This document shows positions 1 to 11,065 of a DNA stretch of 64,000 nucleotides, piece by piece. The stretch spans positions 61,876,001 to 61,940,000 of the forward strand of contig NC_042997.1 in NCBI RefSeq assembly GCF_006345805.1, in the 5' to 3' direction. The notes beneath the pieces are model-generated. The model did no database searches. It worked only from the letters and a program-made list of their open reading frames with translations, and had not been told where the DNA came from. Within the stretch, counting starts at the first letter, position 1; every line of letters starts with the position of its first letter. This stretch comes from Octopus sinensis. Taxonomy: Eukaryota. The position numbers were made by a program, and so were the translations under genes.

Positions 1-159
1 AGTATTTCTGTAGTGTAGTTACTATGTGTGCCACCTGGGTTTGCTTTTGTCCCACTTGGGCTCCCAAGCCTGTACAGGTTTTTGCAGCATACTTTAAAGT
101 GCTGTTCCCATAAAAGTGTCACCTGGGGCAGACTGCTCTCCTCAACAAGCCATGCTACT

Positions 160-275
160 GGACTACATTGCCTAATGTATTACTCCTTTTTCAAATTGAA
201 GGGTGTATCTTAGTGAGATTTAGCTGCTATTTTTGGCAGGTGGGATGACCATGTAGAAGCTTCCTTGTTGCTTCC
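160..275 (+). repeat. Dispersed repeat family E (GGACTACATT..GAGATTTGGCTGCTATTTCT), fragment
   Basis: Same motif recurs at about 17040-17230 (-), 50885-51110 (+), 53045-53250 (+) and 62540-62640 (-). Confidence 0.55.
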
Positions 276-780
276 TATATACTGTTATAGGTTCAAATGC
301 TATGACCTGAACGTAAAAATGTTACAGTGCTGCAGGTGAGGGGGTGTAAATGGGAGTGTGTGAGTGTTACATTTTATACCAGTCTGCCTGACATAGTCTT
401 GGTGTCTTCTTACCAATATGCCTGTTAACCACTCATGTTATTGAGTTCATATTTAAATTAGCTGTCCCACACTCAAAATTTCATTTAGTTAAAGAAATTA
501 ACTCCAGAACTTATTTTCTTTAAGTCTGATGCTGATTTTATCACTCTCTTTTGTTGAACTGCTATATAATGGGTGGGGAGGTGTAACCAAAACTAACACC
601 AGTTGTCAAGTGGTGGCAAGGACATATGCATAGACTCATGTGCAAATTCATTCATAAAACATTGCTTGACCTTGGGTTATAGTAGAAGACACTTGTCCAA
701 GGTGCCACACAATGAGACTGAACCTGAAGTCATGTGGTGGCAGAGTGAGCTTTTTGAAGTTACAACTATATTTTATTCTG

Positions 781-1185
781 TTACTTGTTTCTGTCATTTG
801 ACTGTTGCCATGCCATAGCACTGCCTTAAAGAGTTTTAGTTGTAGAAATTGGCACTAGGACTTATTCTTTGAAAACCTAGTACTTATTCTATTGCTCTCT
901 TTTGCTGAATTGCCAAGTTATGGGAATGTAAACACACCAACATTGGTTGTCAAGCAATGGTTGGGGGGACAAACAGACACAAAGACACACATACACAAAT
1001 ATATATATATATATATATGACAGACGGACTTCTTTCAGTTTCCATCTGCCAAATTCTCTTGCAAGGCTTTGGTTGGCCTGAGGCTATAATAGATGAAAGA
1101 CACTCGCCCAATGTCCCTCACAGTGAGACTGAACCTGGAACCTTGTGGTTGGGAAGTAAGTTTCTTACCACACAGCCATGTCTTG
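781..1185 (-). mobile_element. tRNA/CORE-type SINE family B (OR2-like), full length
   Basis: Reverse complement of the head GGCTGTGTGGTAAG..CACCTTGGGCAAGTGTCTTCT and tail GTCAAATGACTGAAACAAG; a partial copy lies at about 595-770. Confidence 0.8.
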
Positions 1186-2525
1186 TAGTTATTTTAGCAT
1201 TTTTGTTAAACCCATCATGATCAATTTGGAAATAAACTGAAACCTATAATCAGCCTATTTCTTATCTTAAAGTCTTTTTTTAATGGATTCGAAGTGAATA
1301 TAAATATTCACAGCTTAGTTGTACACAAAATGGAAAGTTACTGCACTCATGCACTTTTAAGTATAAAATTTGGGTTTAGTATGTCGGACTGTAGTAGATT
1401 TTCTTCAATGGATAAATCAATAGCTGTCCAAGTGGTCCAGTCAGCACACAGTTTGTGTGTGTAGAACAAAAAACAAAACCAAAAACCCCAAGAAAGAAAA
1501 TTACTTAAACGAAACAAGATTGGCGCTAATTGTTTAGTTTTGTGTATAACCCAAGTAGAAATTGTTTCTGTCACTCTTATGGTCTTCCGGCAAAACTGAG
1601 CGAAAAGTACTGAGGACTTTTCTGTTTGTTTTTCTTTTGTGCTGTTCATTTAACGATCTTAATTATTTAGCTGCTAGCTATTTTTAAGTATGTCTTTTGT
1701 TTTGTTTCTTTTTTTTTTTTAAGTTTATACATTTACCCCACCTTTGTTTGCAAATAGATCCCCTGTCTTAGGTATTAATTAGAAAAACAATTACCTTCAT
1801 AAATTAACACATTTCATCATTGAAACTCTTTTGTTGTAAAACAAAACAAAAATAAACAAAATAAATACATAAATATAACAAAAATAAAAGCACAAAAAGT
1901 TACAAACAAGACTAAGTAAACCTTTACCTCTGAACATTTATTTTTAAGCTTCTATTTTCTATTTGTCTCTGAAGTTATTTTCTATTTCCATTTTATCAGT
2001 TCCTTCATCTTTTTTAACTGACACAAAGAGAAATTATCCCTTACCCCTCCCTGCTATTTCAGTCTCGGTCTGTGTCCACTTTATTGCATACAAGTTGTAA
2101 CAGAAGAAGGAAAAAAAAGACATATTAAGTACGACGTAGTTTTTGTTAAATCGTAAAAAGACAACAGTGTTTTCAGTAACCATCATCATTACCTCCATTA
2201 CCTTCACTTATAAATATTGTCGCCACCTTCCTCACCATTATTGACAGTGTTTCTACATAACTGTTGATTGCACTTATTACATGTATTTTGATTGCACTTA
2301 TTACATGTATTTCTGTTCTGTTTTTAGTATTGGTTTCTCAGTGAGTCTTGAGCTCACATTTAAAGCAAACTCATATATATATATATAATAATAAATATTA
2401 GGGAATAAATCCAAACTTACAGGGAAAAATCAGATTTAGGATTGAATCCAATTTTATAGTAAAATATTATATTATATTAAATTGTTTGATTTGCCTAATA
2501 GTGGTTTTGTCTCTAATTTAATATA

Positions 2526-2564
<39 letters not shown>

Positions 2565-2581
2565 GTATTACTATTTACTTT

Positions 2582-2860
2582 TTTCTTCACTCATTTATTA
2601 CTGTTCTTATTTTATTACTCTAACTCCTGTCCATTGTCCGGAAATCTTTCACCACACATCTGTGACCTCTTCAGCAACACTTTTCGTTTTCGTGTGTGTT
2701 CTCTCTCCACTTACTCCATTCTCTGGAGTAAGTGGAGCAAGAACACACACAAGAATGAAAAGTGTCGCTGAAGAGGTCACAGATGTGTGACGAAAGATTT
2801 CTGGACAATGGACATGAGTTTAGAATAAAAAGATAACAGTAATAAACGAGTGAAGACAAA
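2582..2860. repeat. Foldback palindrome (~135-bp arms, 5-nt loop), probable inverted Penelope-type terminus
   Basis: Left arm 2582-2718, loop TTCTC 2719-2723, right arm 2724-2860; (TA)n tracts at about 2531-2561 and 2974-3046. Confidence 0.85.
2763..2807 (+). ncRNA. Minimal type I hammerhead ribozyme-like motif
   Basis: CTGAAGA (2768-2774) G GTCAC-AGATGT-GTGAC GAAA GATTTC; stem II perfect; a degenerate mirror copy is on the - strand at 2635-2680. Confidence 0.6.
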
Positions 2861-2968
2861 ATACATTGTGCCTGTGTTGATGTTGCAAAAAAAAAAAAAG
2901 AAAAAGAAAACGATCATCCCGACATATAATTTCACATCAGGAATTTTGCAAAATGAATTCATAAATGC

Positions 2969-3049
<81 letters not shown>

Positions 3050-3417
3050 AGTGTGTGGCTGTGCGGTAAGAAGTTTGCTTCCCAACCACGTGATTTCAGG
3101 TTTAGCCCCATTGTGCGCAAGTGTCTTCTACTATAGCTTTGGGCTGACCAGAGTTTTGTAAGTGGATTTGGTAGATGGAAACTGAAAGAAACCTGTCATA
3201 CATGTGTGTGTGTGTGTGTGCCTTTGTGTGTTTGTCCCCCCTCCCCATTGCTGCTTGACAACTGGTGTTGGTGTGTTTATGTCTCCATAGCTTCAGCAAT
3301 AGAGACTGATAGAAGTAGTAGGCTTTTAAAAAGCCCTGGGGTTGTTTTGTTTGACTAAAACCCTTCAGTGTGGTGCTCCAGCATGGCCACAATCAAATGA
3401 CTGAAACAAGTAAAAGA
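3050..3417 (+). mobile_element. SINE family B (OR2-like)
   Basis: tRNA-like head, CORE-like segment, (TG)n spacer, GGTGCTCCAGCATGGCCAC..GAAACAAGTAAAAG tail. Confidence 0.8.
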
Positions 3418-3699
3418 AAAAGATTTTTTATACACATGTATGTGTGGTCATATTTGTACCAATTGTTTATGCATAGATATACTCACTCTCACATGTGCAC
3501 ACACATAAGATAATGACTTGTTTTTTATATTTTGGTACAAAATAGAAAAGTACTCACCATGTCCATGTGTTAGAAGTATGAAAGTCTTTTGTGTTTCTCT
3601 TGTAAAATTGACTCCAAAGATTTTGTGCAGTCAACCTTATGATTTTATGTACTAAATTAATAATCATCACCATCATCATGTTCATTATTGCTTGGTGTC

Positions 3700-4080
3700 C
3701 TCTTTTCCATGCTTGAATGGATATGGAGGAGTTTGTTGAGGCTGATTTTTTTTAATGTTTGGAAGCCATTACTGCTTCCAACCATCAAATGTTTCCAAGC
3801 AAGGTTAAATTTTCTCGTGCCTAAACATGTTGTTCACAGAAGACTGGAAATGAACAACATTGCCTGCTTGTTTACAACCATTGCATAATCTCAAGACAAG
3901 GGTATATGTGCACACACACACACACAAGAGTCTTTCAGTTTTCATTTACCAAACCCACTGAATGGCTTTGGTTGGCCTAAGGCTATAATAAAAGACACTT
4001 GCCCCATGTGTCACACAGGCGGGCTGAATCCAAGATAGTATGGTTGAGAAGCAACTTACCTATACATTTATGCCTGCACC
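3700..4080 (-). mobile_element. SINE family D (family B head + RTE-like tail)
   Basis: Shares CACAGAAGACTGGAAATGAAC and TTCCAAGCAAGGTAATATT motifs with the copies at 6320, 10228, 27365, 29620, 42225 and 43380. Confidence 0.7.
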
Positions 4081-4265
4081 TCTATGTAAATAAATAATGA
4101 TTAAATGGTTTAAATGTTGCTCTTTCAGATAGATATTTGGTCACCTTTGTCACATGTTATGCTCTTAAGTGACTGAGTAGCAACTTGGGCACTTGTTGGC
4201 AAGTTGAAACTAGTTTCAAATTTTCGTTTAGTCTCAGAAGTACTGTAACGTTACTGTGATTATAA

Positions 4266-4797
4266 CAGGGCTGTGGAGTCGAAACAAAAAACTTTGACTC
4301 CAATTCCTGTACTATTAGCACCCCCCGACTCCGATTCTAACTCTGACGCCTCTTTATGTAATTAAGTGATTGTGGTCTACGTATCTCATAAAGCATATGC
4401 ATATGCTTGTACTTTGAGTAGGCCTATATTTTATAACTAATTTATATTAAAAAATAAAGACATTGTGAGTAAGAATCAGAGTCGGTATAGTTTTACCAAT
4501 TTAAGGCGGAGAGCTGGCAGAAACGTTAGCACGTCGGGCAAAATGTTTAGCGGTATTTCGTCTGCTGTTACGTTGTGAGTTCAAATTCTGCCGAGGTCGA
4601 CTTTACCTTTCATCCTTTTGGGGTCGATAAATTAATTACCAGTTACGCACTAAGGTCAATGTAATCGACTTAATACCTATGTCGGTCCTTGTTTGTCCCC
4701 TCTATGTTTAGCCCCTTGTGGGTAGTAAAGAAATAGGTATAGTTTTACCGATTCTGACTACCCCTTAATTGTTTCTGACTCCGACTCCACAGCCCTG
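4266..4797. mobile_element. MITE with CAGGGCTGTGGAGTCG TIRs (hAT-like), interrupted by a SINE
   Basis: CAGGGCTGTGGAGTCG at 4266; CGACTCCACAGCCCTG ending at 4797; flanks ATTATAA / ATTACAA. Confidence 0.8.
4501..4735 (+). mobile_element. Young tRNA-derived SINE family A with 17-bp TSD
   Basis: Head GGCGGAGAGCTGGCAGAAACG, B-box GAGTTCAAATTC, central GACTTTACCTTTCATCCTTTTGGGGTCGATAAA; TSD GGTATAGTTTTACC(A/G)AT at 4484-4500 and 4736-4752. Confidence 0.9.
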
Positions 4798-5723
4798 ATT
4801 ACAACAGTAGTGATCAGTAGTTAAATACTTGTACTCTCCAAGATTGCCCACGTAATGCTATTAGTCAGTCATTCCTCATTATCGGTTTTGAATTACGTTT
4901 GTAAAGTGATGTGCTGTTCTTCAGATGTCATTAACAAATAACTATTACTCTGGATCAACAAACTTTGGAACTGCTTTTATGTGTATCAAGATATAGTTAA
5001 TTGAGATTTCATTTTTTATTTTTACTCCAGTATTGAACTCTCTGTCGGAAGTAATCCCATATTTCATCAATTGCATAGTGTTACTCTTTGTTCTTGGTTT
5101 CACTTCAATGTTTGACATTAGGAAACTTAATAAATCTGGTCATGATCTTCATGAAGCATTGCTCAGATTTATGTTGTTCTTGTTAAACATTTGATAGACA
5201 CTGTGCTGATTCTGGAAATATTTGTTGATAACTAAGAGAAAATTTGCTAAATTATTTTATCTCTTTTGTTGTCATGCTTCTGTTGAAATACACTTCTTTT
5301 GTTTCAATTACTTTTGAAAATAATTAAGAATTTATTAAGATAACTTTGCCATTATTAAGATGGTGTTAGGAAGAATATAAGTTAATATGTTTTTTTAATT
5401 AATATGTGTTTTAACTTAGATCAACAAAGAATTTGTATCACAGAGCCAAGAGTTGTTTCAGGCAAGTTGGTATCTATAACAAGATATTTTTAATTACATT
5501 CCCTTATTTTTAGTGTTTAGGGCAGTTATTAATCATTCTTATTAATAAATATTTTCCTGATAGTGACTGTATGACAGTGGCTTGTTACAATACTTTGCAG
5601 CTCCTGCTGGTTAGCACTTTCTATTATAGCCTTAGGTTAGCCAAAACATTAATTGAAATTTGGTAGACGAAAATGATATTAAAGTGTGTCAGAAAGACCA
5701 TTTCTGTTCTTTGCTAGTGGACT

Positions 5724-5948
5724 TGATACTTCAGCATTCAAATTATTTTGTCAAATGTAATGCATATTTATTCATATTGTTTTGAATTAATCATGCATTA
5801 TCTTGTAGCTTTGAGAGTTTGATGATTGATTGTTTATTTTTAAAATGACATTGTAGGATTGGTGTGAGAGGCCAGTCGGGTCAGTTTGAACATAAAACAG
5901 GTAAAATATTTGGGTTGGTTATGACTAGTTTAAATGCTAAAGGGTTAA
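5724..5948. mobile_element. piggyBac-type MITE family 2, left end degraded
   Basis: Ends AATGCTAAAGGG|TTAA; homologous in reverse orientation to 39954-40271. Confidence 0.65.
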
Positions 5949-6319
5949 TCTATTTCCTGGTTTAACATTTCCTCCTAATCTTTGGATCCTTTGACTGGAG
6001 TCTGCTCTCTTGTAAGCATTTAGTCTTAGACTCCAGTTTGATGATAATTTCCTCTCCTTTTTGATTAAGTGGTTCTTTTATCCTTTACTTGTTTTAGTAA
6101 TAGGACTGCGACCATGCTGGGGCACCGTCTTGAAGGGTTTAGTCAAACGAATTGGCCCCAGTACTGCTAAGTTATGGAGATTGTCAAGCAGAGTAGAATG
6201 GAGTGGAGGGACAAACATGAAGACCATCTCCCCACTTGTATATGTGACAAGCTTCTGCACAAATTCCATCTACTAAAATAACTCACAAGACTTTAGTTGG
6301 CCCAGGGTTATATTTGAAG

Positions 6320-6725
6320 ACACACACATTTAACACCCACTTTTTCTTGCTTGCATGGGTCAGATGAAATTTGTTGAAGCAGACTTTCTGTAGTTAGTTG
6401 CCCTTCCCATTGCCAACCCCCACCTCATTCCAAGCAAAGTAATATTTTCCCATATCTAAACATGTTTTTCACAGAAGACTGGAAAAAAACAATCTCATTT
6501 GTATGACTATCTCATTTACATGACGTCTAGACAAGGATACATACAAACAGAGAGAGAGAGAAGGGGGCTTCTTTCAGTTTCTGTCTACCATATCTGCTCA
6601 CAAGGCTTTGGTTAACCCAGAACTATAGAGTAGAAGACACTTGCTCAAGGTGGCATGCACAGGGACTGAACCCAAGACCCCATGACTATGTGGCATGCTT
6701 CTTAATCAGATAGTCATCACTGCAT
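6320..6725 (-). mobile_element. SINE family D
   Basis: Family D tail motifs followed by the reverse-complement family B head. Confidence 0.75.
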
Positions 6726-6943
6726 CTATAATCACAAGATAACCAGTTGAAACTAGTCTAGACTGTTCTTGGGTTCAACCTGCTGAGCAACCCTGTGATT
6801 TAATTATAAAAGTTCATTTATAGAAAGAGTCCAAGAGTTTGTTTATTAAACCTATGTAAGGGGAGGTGGGAGATTAACAATTTGTATTCTTTTGTAACAA
6901 CTAATTTTCTAGAAGTTCAGGCTACTGTATGATGTAAAATAAT

Positions 6944-7171
6944 TTAATCCTTTTGTTACCATATTTCTGTTGGCATAAAATGTTTTCACTTTAATTAATT
7001 TTTTAAAATAATGAAAAGTTTAGTAAAATAACTTTCTCATTATTAAGTTGGTGTCTGGAAAAAATTAACATGCTGTTTTGATGGAAGATTATAATTTAGA
7101 TCACTTTAGAAGAGTAAATTTGTGTCATAGAGCCAGGGTGATCTCAAGTGGGTTGGTATCAAAAGTGTTAA
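6944..7171. mobile_element. piggyBac-type MITE family 1
   Basis: TTAA|TCCTTTTGTTACC..GGTATCAAAAGTG|TTAA; related copies at about 5320-5490, 24846-25060 and 36650-36830. Confidence 0.7.
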
Positions 7172-8099
7172 TAAAGATGGTGTGTATGTTATTGTTTTAA
7201 AATTTCGATATCACAATAACTTCAAGCTTTAGTAAGAAGCTTTTCATTGTGCAGGAAGGCAAGACACACACCTCTTAGTTTCCATAGAGAAATTCGATAT
7301 TTTTAACCTATCTGATTGGTATTATGAAAAAACTGTGACTTATCTATATTGATAGTTTAAGCAGATGTTTTGAATTTACATTTTCAAATTACATATTAGT
7401 CTGGAAAATTGCTCTTACACTGTAAAAGACTTTGGGGTTCCCAAATTGCGTAGATGTTTGTTTTCTTCAGTTATATCATTTCTGATTAGCTTTTTAACAT
7501 TTCTATGTTTTTCTTTTCTTTTCTTTCTTCTTGCCAAAGATAGTTCACTTTTATTTTAACATTAGCTGTTTGCATTAATTAGTTGAGCTTAATTGATTAA
7601 GCGAATACCAAACACAACTGGGATATAGCTCAAACACTGACAAAATAGATTTGTGAGATAACACTTATAGAAAGAAAAAAAATCGACTTAATAAAGAAAT
7701 GCTTAGCAACTGTATAGTATTAGAGCTATGTATTCAGTTTTCTGTTGTTGTTGCTGTTCTTGTACCTTAAAAGAAGACAGTCTTAATTGGAAAATAAAGA
7801 AGGAAAGAGAGTAGAAATAATTTTATTTTTGTTTCTTTTTTAAATTTCAAGTTTGATGCATTGAAAGGTAGAATATGATTGGGTGCTTTCACAAATATTC
7901 TCAAACACTTGCAGAATCTGTGAAATTTTCACTATCACAAATATTTTAGTTATTTTTTCAAATATTTTTTTTCTTTCTGTTTAAATTATTACTGTTGCAT
8001 GGTAGTCTAAAGCATAGTATCTTCTTTCAAGAAGAGTGAATGATAAAATTCTAGAACCATCTCAAATATGTGGGAATGTCTTAAAATGTAATAATAATG

Positions 8100-8650
8100 A
8101 TAGTAATGGTTTCAAATTTTGGTACAAAGCCAGCAAGTTTGGGTGAGAGGATAAGTCATTTACATTGACGCCAGTACTCAACTGGTACTTATTTCATCAA
8201 CCCTGAAAGGATGACGGAATTTGAACTCAGAACATAAAGCCAGTTGAAATGTTGCTATGCATTTTACCTGGTGTGCTAATGATTCTGTCAGCTTGCTAAT
8301 AATAATAATAATGATAATTTCAAATTTTGGCACAAAGCCAGCAAATTTGGGGGAGCTGGTAAGCTGATAGCATTAATCCCAATGCTCAACTGGTACTCTT
8401 TTTATTGATCCCGAAAGAATGAAAGGCAATGTTGACCTTGGTTGAATTTGAACTCAGAATGTGAAGACAGATGAAATATCACTAAGCATTTTGCCCGGCA
8501 TACTAATGATTCTGCCAACTTGCTGCCGTAACAATGCTAATAATCCTTTCTACTGCAGGCACAAGGCCTGAACGTTTTGGTGTGGGGGTTGATTACATCA
8601 ACCTCAGTGCTCAACTGGTATTTTCTTATTTTTATTTTATCAACCCTGAT
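8100..8650 (-). mobile_element. Three tandem SINE family A copies (third partial)
   Basis: Repeated CAACTGGTACT..GAAAGG..GAATTTGAACTCAGAA motifs separated by (TAA)n. Confidence 0.8.
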
Positions 8651-9949
8651 CCAGCTTCACCAGCTGAGACTTCTAGAAAACATAAATCCACTAGTAGTTT
8701 TCTGCTCTTTTATTTCTTTTTCATGTGGCCTTTATTTAAATGCATAAATAGCTTTCTGTTTTAGAGTTGAGATTTCTTTTCCACTTAATATTCATAAGTT
8801 AACAAGCTTCTGATCATTATTGGTATATCCCTGGGATAAGTGTTATTTTTAGTGATATACTTGCACAATTTAATGACTTTGTGTGCCCTTGGTTCTGTTT
8901 CTGAGGCTAGTGTGACACTGTTGGCATTTCATCAAACAATAAGTTTAAGGTTAAAACAAAAAAATAAAACCAATATTAGGAAAGTAAAAAATAGTAATAA
9001 AAAAACCAGATGAAAATCATTCTCTCTGATTCACTTAGAAGAAAATACTTCTTTTGTTTGCTAATAATTACTTTAACCAGTGGATTAGTCTGACCTTACT
9101 GACCTTCTGCTGGGTTAACTGGTTAGTTTTACATCATAGACTTAATTTTTGTTTGTTGATTTTCTCTATTTTGCTTTCAGTTATGGTTTATATAATTCTA
9201 ATTACTTCTAAGCTGTAATTACAATACAGGAACCACATGATCCTATAGATCAAAAGTTTACAAAATTTTTCATAGTGTTCTCATCAGTTCTGTTTTGGAG
9301 CTTTTCATGCATTTACATACATATGTATACATCTGTATGTTTATATTTTTTCTATCCACTTTGTATTGGCAGACTAATATATCTGATTTTCTTTGAAAGA
9401 ATATTAATATCTTTATGAAACTAGTATGGAATTTAATTTAGTAATTCAGATTTGAAAGTCCTTTTGAATTTTGCTTTTGTTAATCTGACTACCATATAAA
9501 CATTTCTCATTTGATATTTTCTTCTTTTAAGCATATATGTGAAAACATATTTAATATTTTTAATAGATTAGCTTGCTTTTAATATAATTTAAACCTTGCT
9601 GTTCAGTAACATTGTGTTTATGACCCCAAATCTGTTTGATAAGTGAAGAGTCAACAACCTTGCAACTAGTTTTGAAATTTATGAGCTTCATCAAGTGAAA
9701 GTACATTAGAGCATTTGCTTTTTGATAGCTCTACACTTTGATAATTTCATTGAAGTGGTGTTCTACACTTCTGTTTCACTATGAAGCCCATAAACTGAAA
9801 ATATTCTTGGAATTGTCACAATGGGCTTACTTAAAATAGTTAAGGTTAAAATATCAAATATTTTTTTGAACCAAGACTAAATGTATTCTAAGCATAAATT
9901 TGCATATTATTGTTTATTTCTATTATTATTATTGAGCATTGGAAGGCCA

Positions 9950-10150
9950 GGAGCTGAACTGTTACTGTACCAGACAAATTACTTAGCAACATTTTTTTTT
10001 CTGACTTTACATTCTAAGTTCAAATGCTGCCATGATTGACTTTGCCTTTCATCTTTTGGGGTTGATAAAATAAGGGCCAGTTGAACTCTGAAACTGATAT
10101 CAACTTAGCTCTTCCCCTAAAATTACTGGCCTTTGGTCAAAATTTGAGAC
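9950..10150 (+). mobile_element. SINE family A, old copy
   Basis: GACTTTGCCTTTCATCTTTTGGGGTTGATAAAATAAG central domain. Confidence 0.75.
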
Positions 10151-10227
10151 CTTCAACAAGGCTGCAGTCAAAGGGCTGAAATAAGTAAAATGTAAAAAAA
10201 ATTGCTTACTATTACTGGGATGTTCAT

Positions 10228-10630
10228 TTCATCATCATCATCATATAGTATTTGCTTTTCCATGGGTCTGAGGAGATTTGTTGAGGTAGATTTACTATGG
10301 CTGGTTGACCTTCTTGTAACCAACCTTCATCTGTTTCCAACTAAGATAATATTTCTCATGGTCAGATATGTTTTTTCATGGAAGATTGGAAAAGAACAAT
10401 ATTGTTTGTATGATGGTGATATTTGTTTACAACCATCACCTGATATAATTACATAGACGCACAAACATGACAGCTTCCTTCAGTTTGTCTAGAAAAATCC
10501 AGTCACAAAACATTTGGTTGGCCCAGGGCTATAGTAGAAAATACTTACTCAGGGTGCCAGATTGTGGAACTGAACCTGAGACTGCATGGTTTAGAAGAGC
10601 AAGCTTCTTAATAACTACACAGCCACACAT
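10228..10630 (-). mobile_element. SINE family D
   Basis: (CAT)n reverse tail, family D body, reverse head. Confidence 0.75.
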
Positions 10631-10929
10631 GTGTATTAGCCAAAACAGTTGACACTGCCCACTTACAATGTCTTCTTATCTTAGTATTGAAAAAGGTTTG
10701 ACTTCTACCCTATCCTGGCCTAACTACAGCCAAAGAAAGTTTTCTGGAGAAGTAACCAATGTTATTATTGGGAATGAGGCATAAGTGAATCTGAAAACCA
10801 CCCAGTTTTGGTAACATGTTAGTGCTAATAATTATGATTTTTTGTTTGGATTTGTTTTAGTTCGTTTTTAAAAATTAAAAAAATTATTTTCATCAAAGCT
10901 GGTTGTTTTAAAGAAATCATAACCAACTA

Positions 10930-11065
10930 TTAGGCGGCTGGCATTAGGAAGTGCATTCAACTGTAGAAACCATGCCAAAATCGACACCAGAGCTTGATGC
11001 AGCTCCCTGTCAAATTGTCTAGCTCCTATCAGCATTGGGAAATAATTGTTAAATGATGATAATGG
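10930..11065 (+). mobile_element. RTE-type 3' end fragment
   Basis: TTAGGAAGTGCATTCAACTGTAGAAACCATGCC..GTTAAATGATGAT. Confidence 0.6.

Noticed and set aside
2777-3085. IYIY/YIYI ORFs (also 31913-32332, 45391-45666, 48737-49108)
   Set aside because: These are translations of (TA)n/(CA)n microsatellites.
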